The translations under genes were made by a program, and so were the position numbers. A stretch of 32,000 nt of DNA from Okeania sp. (GTDB taxonomy: Bacteria > Cyanobacteriota > Cyanobacteriia > Cyanobacteriales > Microcoleaceae). The notes under the pieces are model-generated. The model searched no databases, had not been told where the DNA came from, and saw nothing but the letters and a program-made list of their open reading frames with translations. The stretch is taken from the NCBI RefSeq assembly GCF_035285525.1, contig NZ_JAYKGW010000248.1, positions 9,285 to 41,284 of the forward strand, in the 5' to 3' direction. Numbering within the stretch: the first letter of the stretch is position 1; the number at the start of each line of letters is the position of its first letter. Shown here in pieces: positions 8,249 through 15,804 of the stretch.

Positions 8249-9871
8249 ATGTTAGAAAGTATTATTTTAATATTATTAATCGGCTTTTTTGTCGGCGAAA
8301 TAGCCTTTAGATTAAAAGCACCACCCCTAGTCGGAATGGTCTTAGTGGGAATATTATTAGGTCCCCAAGTTAGCAATACCATCGACTCTAGCATTCTGCA
8401 AGCTGCTGACTCCCTGAGAGCGATCGCCGTAACTATAATTTTAATGAAAGCAGGGTTAGGGTTAGACAGAGAAAAATTAGCACAACAGGGAACTGTAGCA
8501 CTCCGGTTAGGTTTTCTCCCGGCAACCTGTGAAACTATTGTTGTTGCTCTCGCAGCTATGTGGTTACTTAATTTTGACTTTGCTACCGGGTTATTACTGG
8601 GTTGCATTATCGGTGCTGAGTCGCCCGCAGTTATTGTTCCTGGAATGTTGCGTCTCAAAAGTTTGGGTTGGGGCGTAACTAAAGGTATTCCTGATGCTAT
8701 TTTGACTGGTAGTGCTTTATCAGATGTTTTGCTGTTGTTAGTTTTTAGTTTACTGCTGGCATTTTTGTCCCAGGGAACAACAATTGTAAATTTACCTGGT
8801 GGCATCACTCTCAACGCTTTACAAATATTACCGTTCCAGGTTATTTTACAAATTATTTTGGGAGCGATCGCCGGATGGTTGACAGCACGAATATTAGTAT
8901 TGTTGTTAGTCAAACAAAATTGGACTAAAAATGCCACCCAGGATACTTTGGTGGCAGCAAGTATGGCTTTATTGTTAGTCGTCTTAGCAGCAAAATTTCC
9001 TGTATTTTCTGGTTATTTGGCAGTTATGGCAACAGGATTTTTTCTGATCGAACTTGATGCACCTCTGGCGCGACGGTTAAGAAATGGTTTTGATACTTTG
9101 TGGTTGGTAGCGCAAATAATTTTGTTTGTCTTGCTCGGTGCAAGTATCCCTTTGCCAGTGCTGGAAAATGTCTTATTGGTAGGGTTGTTAATTTTAGCCG
9201 TCGGTACTTTAGTCGGACGAATGATCGGTTGGTATCTCTCGACTTTAGGCAGTAATTGGAATTTGCGAGAACGTCTATTTTTACTGCCAGGAAATTCTGC
9301 GAAAGCAACGGTGCAAGCTGCTATTGGTGCTATTCCTCTAGCAGCAGGTATTGAAGGAGGAGAAACAATTTTAGCGATCGCTGCCTTATCAATATTAGTC
9401 ACAGCACCTTTGGGAGCTTGGGCAATACCTACTTTTGCACCCAAACTCTTAGAAAAAGGAGAAGTCGATCCGACAAAAGTAGCGATGGCTCGTCGTATTA
9501 TTTTGTTAGCTGCCGTTGATACTTCACCTCTTGCTGTGGATGTGTTGTCAAAAGTTGCCGAGTTAGCAAGACGTTGTGATGGGGAAGTTGTGGTGTTGCA
9601 CGTTATGCAGTCTGATGATGCGGAAAGTATTGATCGACTGCAACAGCAAACCAAGCAACTTTTAGCAGATATTCGGTATCGGTTTATAACTGTTACGGGT
9701 GTGGTATCAGAGGAAATAATTTCTATTGCGCAAGAGTATAGAGTAGCAGAAATAGTGATAGGAAAAAGAGGGCATCGTTTATGGGAAAATGTGTTAGTTG
9801 GTTCCGTTTCTCAAACAGTTTTGGAAAAGAGTTTAATTCCTGTGACAATAGTTGAAAAAATAAAAATATAG
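8249..9871 (+). CDS. Cation:proton antiporter (CPA1/NhaP-like) with a C-terminal universal stress protein (USP) domain
   Basis: 540 aa. About 400 aa form a polytopic exchanger-like domain. The C-terminal ~125 aa (nt ~9491-9868) read ILLAAVDTSP..VVVLHV..AEIVIGKRGH..LVGSVSQTVLEKSLIPVTIV, typical of USP. Confidence 0.88.
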   Translation: MLESIILILLIGFFVGEIAFRLKAPPLVGMVLVGILLGPQVSNTIDSSILQAADSLRAIAVTIILMKAGLGLDREKLAQQGTVALRLGFLPATCETIVVALAAMWLLNFDFATGLLLGCIIGAESPAVIVPGMLRLKSLGWGVTKGIPDAILTGSALSDVLLLLVFSLLLAFLSQGTTIVNLPGGITLNALQILPFQVILQIILGAIAGWLTARILVLLLVKQNWTKNATQDTLVAASMALLLVVLAAKFPVFSGYLAVMATGFFLIELDAPLARRLRNGFDTLWLVAQIILFVLLGASIPLPVLENVLLVGLLILAVGTLVGRMIGWYLSTLGSNWNLRERLFLLPGNSAKATVQAAIGAIPLAAGIEGGETILAIAALSILVTAPLGAWAIPTFAPKLLEKGEVDPTKVAMARRIILLAAVDTSPLAVDVLSKVAELARRCDGEVVVLHVMQSDDAESIDRLQQQTKQLLADIRYRFITVTGVVSEEIISIAQEYRVAEIVIGKRGHRLWENVLVGSVSQTVLEKSLIPVTIVEKIKI

Positions 9872-10003
9872 TTGTTTCTTTCCATCAAAAACTATATTTT
9901 CAAGATAGGGTTGACAACTTTATTTTTTCTGTTACTATTTAGATAATAAATTGAACCAATAATTCTCTGTTGATGAAACTATATTTAGATACTAGCCGAT
10001 TGA

Positions 10004-10509
10004 ATTGAATAGAATATTTGATGACCAATCTCAGGTAAGAATATATTTAGAATCAGTATCAATGACTCTGATTTTTTTATTAAAAGAAAATCAAACATTA
10101 GAGATTGTCTCATCAGAAGCTTTGGTAACAGAAACTAATAATAACCCATACAATAGACATCTCCAAAAATGAAAAATAAAATCAATTATTATCCATAAAT
10201 TATCAATTATTTCTTCCTGTTCCCACATATCTAGTGTTCCCTGTTTCCTCTTTTCTGGAGATGTCTATTGAATAGAATATTTGATGACTAATCTCAGGTA
10301 AGAATATATTTAGAATCAGTATCAATGACTCTGATTTTTTTATTAAAAGAAAATCAAACATTAGAGATTGTCTCATCAGAAGCTTTGGTAACAGAAACTA
10401 ATAGACATCTCCAAAAATAAAAAGTAAAATCAATTATTATCTATAGATTATCAATTCTTCTTCCCTGTTCCCTCCATACCTGTTCCCTCTTTTATGGAGA
10501 TGTCTATTG
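10004..10509 (+). repeat. Tandem direct duplication with a 263-bp period (copy 1 10004-10266, copy 2 10267-10509). Each copy contains a TIR-bounded hairpin element (10152-10269, 10400-10508)
   Basis: The two copies align by eye almost base for base, apart from a 14-nt indel and divergence inside the hairpin element. The element TIR is AATAGACATCTCCA..TGGAGATGTCTATT. Confidence 0.9.
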
Positions 10510-10544
10510 GTATAATTTAGAATTAGGGAAAAATAGTTAATATT

Positions 10545-10632
10545 GTAGGGGCGTTTCATTTCGCGCCAGCGTTTCGCTATGCGATATATAAAGCGGAGCT
10601 TTGCGGAGCGCAAAACGGCCGTTCGCCCCTAC
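10545..10632 (-). mobile_element. MITE-like element, family F (TIR GTAGGGGCG..CGCCCCTAC), sharing an internal module with family A
   Basis: 9-nt TIRs. Interior 10586-10616 is the reverse complement of 8080-8110 with one mismatch in 31 nt. Confidence 0.65.
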
Positions 10633-10720
10633 TGACGGTAAAATTATATTGCTCCGAAGCCACCGGATTTGATATAATTACTTTAATTGCAATGATTTGT
10701 GCAAAACCCACTGATCCGAA

Positions 10721-12187
10721 TCACTCTTGCACCCCAAGCTTTTTACCACTACTCGTCAGCAGAGATACAGTAATAAATGCTACCAAACCCACTAAAGGAG
10801 AAATTAAGGTAGGAAAGCCATCAAAATCAGCAGTAAAAATTGAATTTTTGATGTATAATAAAGTGTTATCGCTACCAAACATTTTGGGCATGAAAACGAA
10901 CAATATTAGTCGAGTTCCCGTTCCGGCAATGACGCAAGCTAAAGCCCCGTATTTATTTGCTTTCGGCCAATACAAACCCCCTGCTAGAGGAACTAATAAT
11001 CCTGCAAACCCCAAATCGAAAGCCAACAACAACAAAATCCCAGTCTGGGGAACCAAAACAGCAAACAAAACCCCTAAAGACGTAATGCCAAAAGCCATCA
11101 ACCGAGTCAACCTTAATAAGCGATCGCCACCAATATCACGATTGCCTTGGCGAATACCAATCACATTATGGGCAATCACTGAAGAAGTACCGAGAATAGC
11201 TCCATCAGCAGTAGAAAGGGAAGCAGCAAGAATAGCAGCAATAACCAGCAAACCTAAAACTGGTGGAATTACCCCTTTGATTAACGCTAAAAGTAAGGGA
11301 CCTTCAGGAGTAATACCTGCTTGAGCTAATATTTGGGGAGCAGATAGAGCCATTATCGAAAATGGTACGCCGATAATTACCGTTCCTGCTGAAGCGATCA
11401 AACAAGCGCGTTGAGCAGTTTCCGGACTGTCAGCCGCAAAAATTCGTGCCATAAAGTCGATCGCCACAATATCTCCCAAACCGAGTGCTAACAAAGTTGC
11501 CCAGTTAATCGCAGCTCCAGCAGCAGGAGCTGCTAATTGCTCTAAAGCCAATGGCCCCATTCCCTCTGGTATGTCAAGGCCAAAGTTGACCGCCATAAAA
11601 CTAAACAATACCATAGTACCAATAAAAGCGATCACTGCCTGAATAGCATCGGTATAAACTATAGCAAACATTCCTCCAGAAGCAGTATAGACAAATACAA
11701 TAATTGCAATCAGTATCACCCCAAAAGCATAGCTAGTTCCTAAAAAAGTCTGAAAAACGTAGCCCCCTGCCACCAAATTTCCTGCCAGCAAAAACCCAAA
11801 GCTCAAAACCATGATCGTAGAAACCAGAACTTCCGTTAAACGTCCGTATTTGACTTGATAAAAGTCTGGGAGGGTAATTAATCCCATGCGGTTCATGGGT
11901 TTAGCAAAAAATATACCGCTCAAAAGCAAACACAGAGCTAATCCCAAGGGTAAAGATGCTCCCGCCCAAAAGCCAAATTCACTAGCTAGGTCAGTATTAC
12001 CCAAGGTAGCATTGGAATCAACAGACTGGGCCATCAAGGTAGCAGCAGCTAGGGGGAGGGTGAGGCGACGTCCGGCGACAAGGAAGTTGATGCTATCTCC
12101 TTTAATTTGTCTGGCAGTCCAGATACCAATGCCTAAAGTAGCAAATAAGAAAAGGATAATTCCGCAAAAAAATATTATATCTGTCAT
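10721..12187 (-). CDS. Sodium:solute symporter family (SSF) transporter, substrate unknown
   Basis: 488-aa polytopic ORF with an SSF-like N-terminus (FLVAGRRL..) and GGMFAIVYTDAIQ. Confidence 0.88.
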   Translation of the reverse strand: MTDIIFFCGIILFLFATLGIGIWTARQIKGDSINFLVAGRRLTLPLAAATLMAQSVDSNATLGNTDLASEFGFWAGASLPLGLALCLLLSGIFFAKPMNRMGLITLPDFYQVKYGRLTEVLVSTIMVLSFGFLLAGNLVAGGYVFQTFLGTSYAFGVILIAIIVFVYTASGGMFAIVYTDAIQAVIAFIGTMVLFSFMAVNFGLDIPEGMGPLALEQLAAPAAGAAINWATLLALGLGDIVAIDFMARIFAADSPETAQRACLIASAGTVIIGVPFSIMALSAPQILAQAGITPEGPLLLALIKGVIPPVLGLLVIAAILAASLSTADGAILGTSSVIAHNVIGIRQGNRDIGGDRLLRLTRLMAFGITSLGVLFAVLVPQTGILLLLAFDLGFAGLLVPLAGGLYWPKANKYGALACVIAGTGTRLILFVFMPKMFGSDNTLLYIKNSIFTADFDGFPTLISPLVGLVAFITVSLLTSSGKKLGVQE

Positions 12188-12374
12188 AATGTTATTCCTT
12201 GTCAGTTTTACTTTTTAAAGTCCCATTGTTTTTGGCTAGGATAATCATCCTATTGCCCAAATCATAATCCTATTTTGGTTTTGGTGATAATACTTCTCCT
12301 TGCCAAAAGCCAACTTGGTTCCCTTGTCTAGTAAGGCTTGACTTTTTTAACCACTAAATCAGGAATATCGTAAC

Positions 12375-12749
12375 ATGGCATGGATTTATTTAATGATAGC
12401 GGTAGGCTGTGAAATTATCTGGGCTATTAGCTTAAAGGCAACTGCAGGATATTCAGAGCTTTGGCCATCTGTTTTTAATGCAAGTGTTTTAACTATTAAT
12501 ATTTATTTTCTTTCTCGTGCCGTCAAAACTTTGCCTGTTGCTGTAGCTTATCCAATTTGGACTGGTTTAGGTGGTGCAGGAGTGGCAATCGCCGCAGTTG
12601 TATTTTTCCACGAAAGTCTGGGAATATGGCAAATAATTTGCATTCTAGCCATAATTTTAGGAGTCATTGGTTTAGAAATTGGCAAACCGAAAGAAAATGA
12701 GGAGAGTCTGGGAAGTGTTGAAAGTCTAGGAAGTTTGGAGAACGGATAA
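12375..12749 (+). CDS. Small multidrug resistance (SMR) family protein, SugE/Gdx-like, first of a pair
   Basis: 124 aa beginning MAWIYLMIAVGCEIIWAISLK, with LPVAVAYPIWTGLGGAGVA. It has 4 TM segments with the conserved membrane Glu, and an unusual acidic tail, ENEESLGSVESLGSLENG. Confidence 0.88.
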   Translation: MAWIYLMIAVGCEIIWAISLKATAGYSELWPSVFNASVLTINIYFLSRAVKTLPVAVAYPIWTGLGGAGVAIAAVVFFHESLGIWQIICILAIILGVIGLEIGKPKENEESLGSVESLGSLENG

Positions 12750-12793
12750 AAAATTCGATTGAGTATTTCAAACCTCTAGCTTTAGTCAGAGGT

Positions 12794-12829
12794 ACTGATA
12801 ACTGATAACTGAAAAAGCTGATAACTGAT
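12794..12829 (+). repeat. STRR heptamer array (ACTGATA/TGATAAC) ending at the ATG of the second SMR gene
   Basis: actgataactgataactgaaaaagctgataactgat followed directly by ATG. The segment aactgaaaaagctgataactga also occurs at 1291-1313. Confidence 0.9.
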
Positions 12830-13156
12830 ATGAGTTGGGAATGGATTTACTTAATACTCGCGATAATTTTTGAAATTATCTGGGGTTTTACTTTGAAAAG
12901 TACAGAGGGATTTACCAAGTTTATTCCTTCTGTTATAACGATAACAGCTTGTGGAGCTGGGTTGTATTTTATTTCTCTTTCTGTTAAATTTTTGCCAATA
13001 GCAATAGTTTACCCCATCTTCACTGGATTAGGAGGTGTGGGAGTTGCGGTCTGTAGTTTCCTTTTTGACAAGGAAAAATTGAGCTCGATCCAAATCTTTG
13101 GCATTCTGATCGTTTTGGTAGGATCTGTGGGATTGAAGCTAGCTGAGATTCAATAG
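12830..13156 (+). CDS. SMR family protein, SugE/Gdx-like, second of a pair
   Basis: 108 aa with EIIWGFTLKSTEGFTKFIPSVITITA and YPIFTGLGGVGVA. It closely resembles the SugE pattern (GLKYTHGF..PSVITVTAM) as I recall it. Confidence 0.88.
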   Translation: MSWEWIYLILAIIFEIIWGFTLKSTEGFTKFIPSVITITACGAGLYFISLSVKFLPIAIVYPIFTGLGGVGVAVCSFLFDKEKLSSIQIFGILIVLVGSVGLKLAEIQ

Positions 13157-13202
13157 TTTGAGTTATTTTGGGTGCATTGAAAAGAATTTGAGTAATACTA
13201 AC

Positions 13203-13303
13203 AGGACTAAAGTCATGGGAACCCAGAAACCTGGTTTCTCCTAAACGCTTACAGTTCAAAACAACGATTTGCAGTAGGAACCGGGTTTCTTTGCGTAAGT
13301 TCT
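13203..13303. mobile_element. MITE-like element, family B (AGGACTAAAGTCATGGG..AGAAACCnGGTTTCT..TTGCGTAAGTTCT)
   Basis: It contains two copies of the palindromic module agaaacc(t/c)ggtttct. Partial relatives lie at 16875-16918 and 26901-26936. Confidence 0.6.
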
Positions 13304-13339
13304 GTACTGTTATACAGCGGTTTTTATTTTAGTAAACCA

Positions 13340-13380
13340 CTGTAGGGACGTTGCATAACAAAAATGCCAACGTCCCTACA
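13340..13380. repeat. Palindromic repeat, family D (CTGTAGGGACGTTGCAT..CAACGTCCCTACA)
   Basis: 13-nt arms with a 12-nt loop, read directly. Confidence 0.8.
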
Positions 13381-13412
13381 ATATTTGGGTTATGGTGATG
13401 TGGTTTATCCAC

Positions 13413-13504
13413 AGGATTTACGCAGCAACCTTAGACATGGTGCTTAAAACCCCATACGCAATAGTTTTTTCACTATATATATATAGTACCTTTGCGTAAG
13501 TCCT
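13413..13504 (+). mobile_element. MITE-like element, family A, short copy (AGGATTTACGCA..TGCGTAAGTCCT)
   Basis: TIRs with one mismatch. The right-end subterminal ctatatatatatagtacctttgcgtaagtcct matches the other family A copies. Confidence 0.65.
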
Positions 13505-13515
13505 ATCCAGGTAGT

Positions 13516-15162
13516 TTAAATCACTAGCAACAATTCTAAAAATCGTTCCCAGGTAAGCTCTTTACCTCCAATTCGCTCTCGCAAAAAGGTTAATTCCTCA
13601 TCAGAAAAGGGAGGCTCATTCACACTGGCTAACACTACATTCATTTCTTCTGGCTCCAACACTCCATTCCCATCCTGATCAATGGGAATAAAGTAAGTGG
13701 CAAACTCATCAAGTCTTGACATCAGACGACGGTGGCGTAGCATTAATTCCCCAAATTCGGAGAAATCAATTTCCCCACTGTTATCAGCATCCATGCTAGA
13801 AAACAAAAAGCTAAGTTCCTCCTCACTCATAGCATTCCCAGCTTGCTGCAAGTGATATCTGAGTTCTTCTAAAGACAAGCTGCCACTACTATCTTGGTCA
13901 ATAGCATCAAAAATATAACGTAGGTCATTTTTGATTTCTAGAGGTGCTTGCTCGAAAAAGATTTTGTGATGCTCCCCTTGCATAGCAGAGTGTAACTGGC
14001 TGCGAAAGGCCGAAATTGCTTCCCTGGCTGTGAGGTAGCGAAACCGATGTTCTTCAGGACAAGCTACGGCAAAGGGAGCAACAGGTACTAGGGAAGAGAT
14101 CGAACGCCGTAAAATCAGGAAGCAGGCATAAGTACCCAAGTGAAATGAAACGGCTAAAATAGGTAATCCCAAGGGAGCGATCGCCAGATTCAATAACCAT
14201 TCAACTACTGCTGCTCCAAAAGCTCCACCACAAGCAAACAGAATACTTTTTCGATTAGGTGCATAGAAAATGCCCCCAATAGAAATCGCGGTTAAAGCTG
14301 AGTTGTATCCTAATAAACCAGCGTACACCATATCTCGGTCTATTCCCACTATAATTGCTACCAACATACCAATAGCAGATCCCAGAGACCCTACTAAGGC
14401 TCCCATCGGACTACACAAGGCTAAAGCAATAATAATTAATACAGCAGAAACTAAGTTGTCTGAAAAAAAGATTTGACCGATGCCAGTGATGAGAGAGGAT
14501 AAAATACTCATCCCATCTAAAGACTCAGCCGGAGGAAATGGTGGCGGTGGGCCAAATTCAAAAAAAGGTTGGGGAACATAGATGGCAATTATTAGAAAAC
14601 TATAGGTGACAATTTGAAATGGTACTGCCATAGACGGGAGTCCTAGACGTGTCGCCATCCAGTTTCCCAGATACTCCATTAATACAGTGCTGAGGGCAGC
14701 GCCAGCGATCGCTGCCAGTACCCAAAACCAGTTTCCCGTACCATTGCCCCAAGGACTAAAAGTTCCTAAAGCTAGTCCGACCAAAGCTCCATTTAAGCCA
14801 AAAACACCATTACGAACACTAGGGCGATCTAGATTCATCAAAAAGCCTGTCCAGGTAGCTGTCACAACTCCAACAACTAGCATAAAGGCTGTCCAGGGCG
14901 ATTGAATAAAAATTGCTAGAGTGATGAGTAGTCCAGAAATTGGATTATTAGCAAATCCTACTTGACCAATGCCACGAAAACTGGCATTGATAAAATCTAA
15001 AAGGGGACGCTGCTCCAAGGCATCATTGAGGTCTTGCATGGTTCCCATAATGGGCAAGGGATGCCGATGAGAAGTTTTTTCTGACTTCAATAAACGAGAA
15101 AGCAACTCATGGAGAGGCAGAGGTTCAGAATTGTTTTGAGAAATTTCAGAGGCATTTGACAT
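13516..15162 (-). CDS. Urea-transporter (UT) family membrane protein fused to a C-terminal EF-hand calcium-binding domain
   Basis: 548 aa. Residues ~55-355 are polytopic with the UT-like signature FRGIGQVGFANNPISGLLITLAIF. Residues ~405-548 carry three canonical 12-residue EF loops, DQDSSGSLSLEE (422-433), DADNSGEIDFSE (458-469) and DQDGNGVLEPEE (495-506), plus a degenerate fourth. Confidence 0.85.
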   Translation of the reverse strand: MSNASEISQNNSEPLPLHELLSRLLKSEKTSHRHPLPIMGTMQDLNDALEQRPLLDFINASFRGIGQVGFANNPISGLLITLAIFIQSPWTAFMLVVGVVTATWTGFLMNLDRPSVRNGVFGLNGALVGLALGTFSPWGNGTGNWFWVLAAIAGAALSTVLMEYLGNWMATRLGLPSMAVPFQIVTYSFLIIAIYVPQPFFEFGPPPPFPPAESLDGMSILSSLITGIGQIFFSDNLVSAVLIIIALALCSPMGALVGSLGSAIGMLVAIIVGIDRDMVYAGLLGYNSALTAISIGGIFYAPNRKSILFACGGAFGAAVVEWLLNLAIAPLGLPILAVSFHLGTYACFLILRRSISSLVPVAPFAVACPEEHRFRYLTAREAISAFRSQLHSAMQGEHHKIFFEQAPLEIKNDLRYIFDAIDQDSSGSLSLEELRYHLQQAGNAMSEEELSFLFSSMDADNSGEIDFSEFGELMLRHRRLMSRLDEFATYFIPIDQDGNGVLEPEEMNVVLASVNEPPFSDEELTFLRERIGGKELTWERFLELLLVI

Positions 15163-15346
15163 GGCAAGTTTATACTATGTAAGATAAAATTTGTCCCTGT
15201 AATTATACTATGGATAAGTTTTGAATTTTCCCCTGATCTTCCCTAGATGCTTTTGCTAGTGCATCCTTCCTAAAACTTTCCATAAAGATGAGCCAGCAAA
15301 GAAAATTTTAGTAGCGATCACTCAAATAATTACTCCTAAAATATAT

Positions 15347-15484
15347 AGGACTTACGCGCGCGCAACGTATTTCTGTCATTGCGTCAGCAAGCGACAGCGT
15401 TTCGCTCCGCATTCATGTCGCGGAGCATTCCGGACCGAAAGCAATCTTCAGCCTTGAAATTGAGTTCCTCATGGCTTTAGTCCT
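15347..15484. mobile_element. MITE-like element, hybrid of families A and B (AGGACTTACGCG..GGCTTTAGTCCT)
   Basis: The left end is as in family A. The right end is the inverse of the family B left end (aggactaaag). The interior is GC-rich and shares cagcgtttcgct with 10567-10578. Confidence 0.55.
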
Positions 15485-15695
15485 GATATATTTAATTGCA
15501 ACTTACAGCAGATTTGACCTGAGTGAGGTAAACCAGGGCAAGCTTTTCAGCCCGCACTACAAAGTATTTCCATAACTTAATCTTTACCTCATCTGCCTGA
15601 AATATACTGTCAATTAGTTCACATTATTTTTTTATACCTTTTAAAATAAATTCTGCTGAGTTTTTCTTCTGCTCAATGCTTGTTTTTATAAAAAC

Positions 15696-15723
15696 TTGAC
15701 TTTTGTTACTTCTATTGTATAAT
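15696..15723 (+). promoter_or_regulatory. Sigma-70-like promoter for the binding-protein gene
   Basis: TTGACT (15696-15701), a 16-nt spacer, then TATAAT (15718-15723), about 80 nt upstream of the ATG at 15805. Confidence 0.45.
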
Positions 15724-15804
15724 CATCCAATGTATCCTCCTTTTAAAGAAACTCTAGAGTATTAAATAGAGGATAATATTAATCATTCTCATAGAAAGTA
15801 AAAG

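Noticed and set aside
8215-9654. Long antisense ORFs inside the antiporter gene (240 aa and 213 aa). The same applies to those antisense to the SSF gene (10692-11324, 11886-12218), amt (3953-4177, 4313-4534), the UT gene (14270-14476, 14687-14905), purE (4812-5173), the glycosyltransferase gene (21135-21356) and menB (29342-29686)
   Set aside because: Their translations are low-complexity and rich in Pro, Lys, Asn and Thr, with no motifs. They fully overlap strongly supported genes on the other strand. Codon bias in membrane-protein genes suppresses antisense stops.
10004-10509. A CRISPR array (also considered for the heptamer and octamer arrays at 1023, 2255, 5335, 12794, 22001 and 25474)
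   Set aside because: The short arrays are head-to-tail 7-8-nt units with no spacers. The 263-bp repeat has only two copies and its whole unit is duplicated. No cas genes are present.
12188-12374. A guanidine riboswitch upstream of the SMR pair
   Set aside because: I found no ACGR tetraloop hairpin pair (guanidine-II), no ykkC-type conserved cores and no guanidine-III pseudoknot sequence. The only structure is a small TAGGAT-aatc-ATCCTA hairpin.
13405-13413. A perfect DnaA box TTATCCACA, and the idea that the AT-rich region next to the DUF721/DciA-like gene (27600-28240) is an origin
   Set aside because: It is a single isolated box overlapping a MITE end. The AT-rich region contains only one near-match (TTTTCCATA) and no box cluster, and no dnaA or dnaN gene is nearby.
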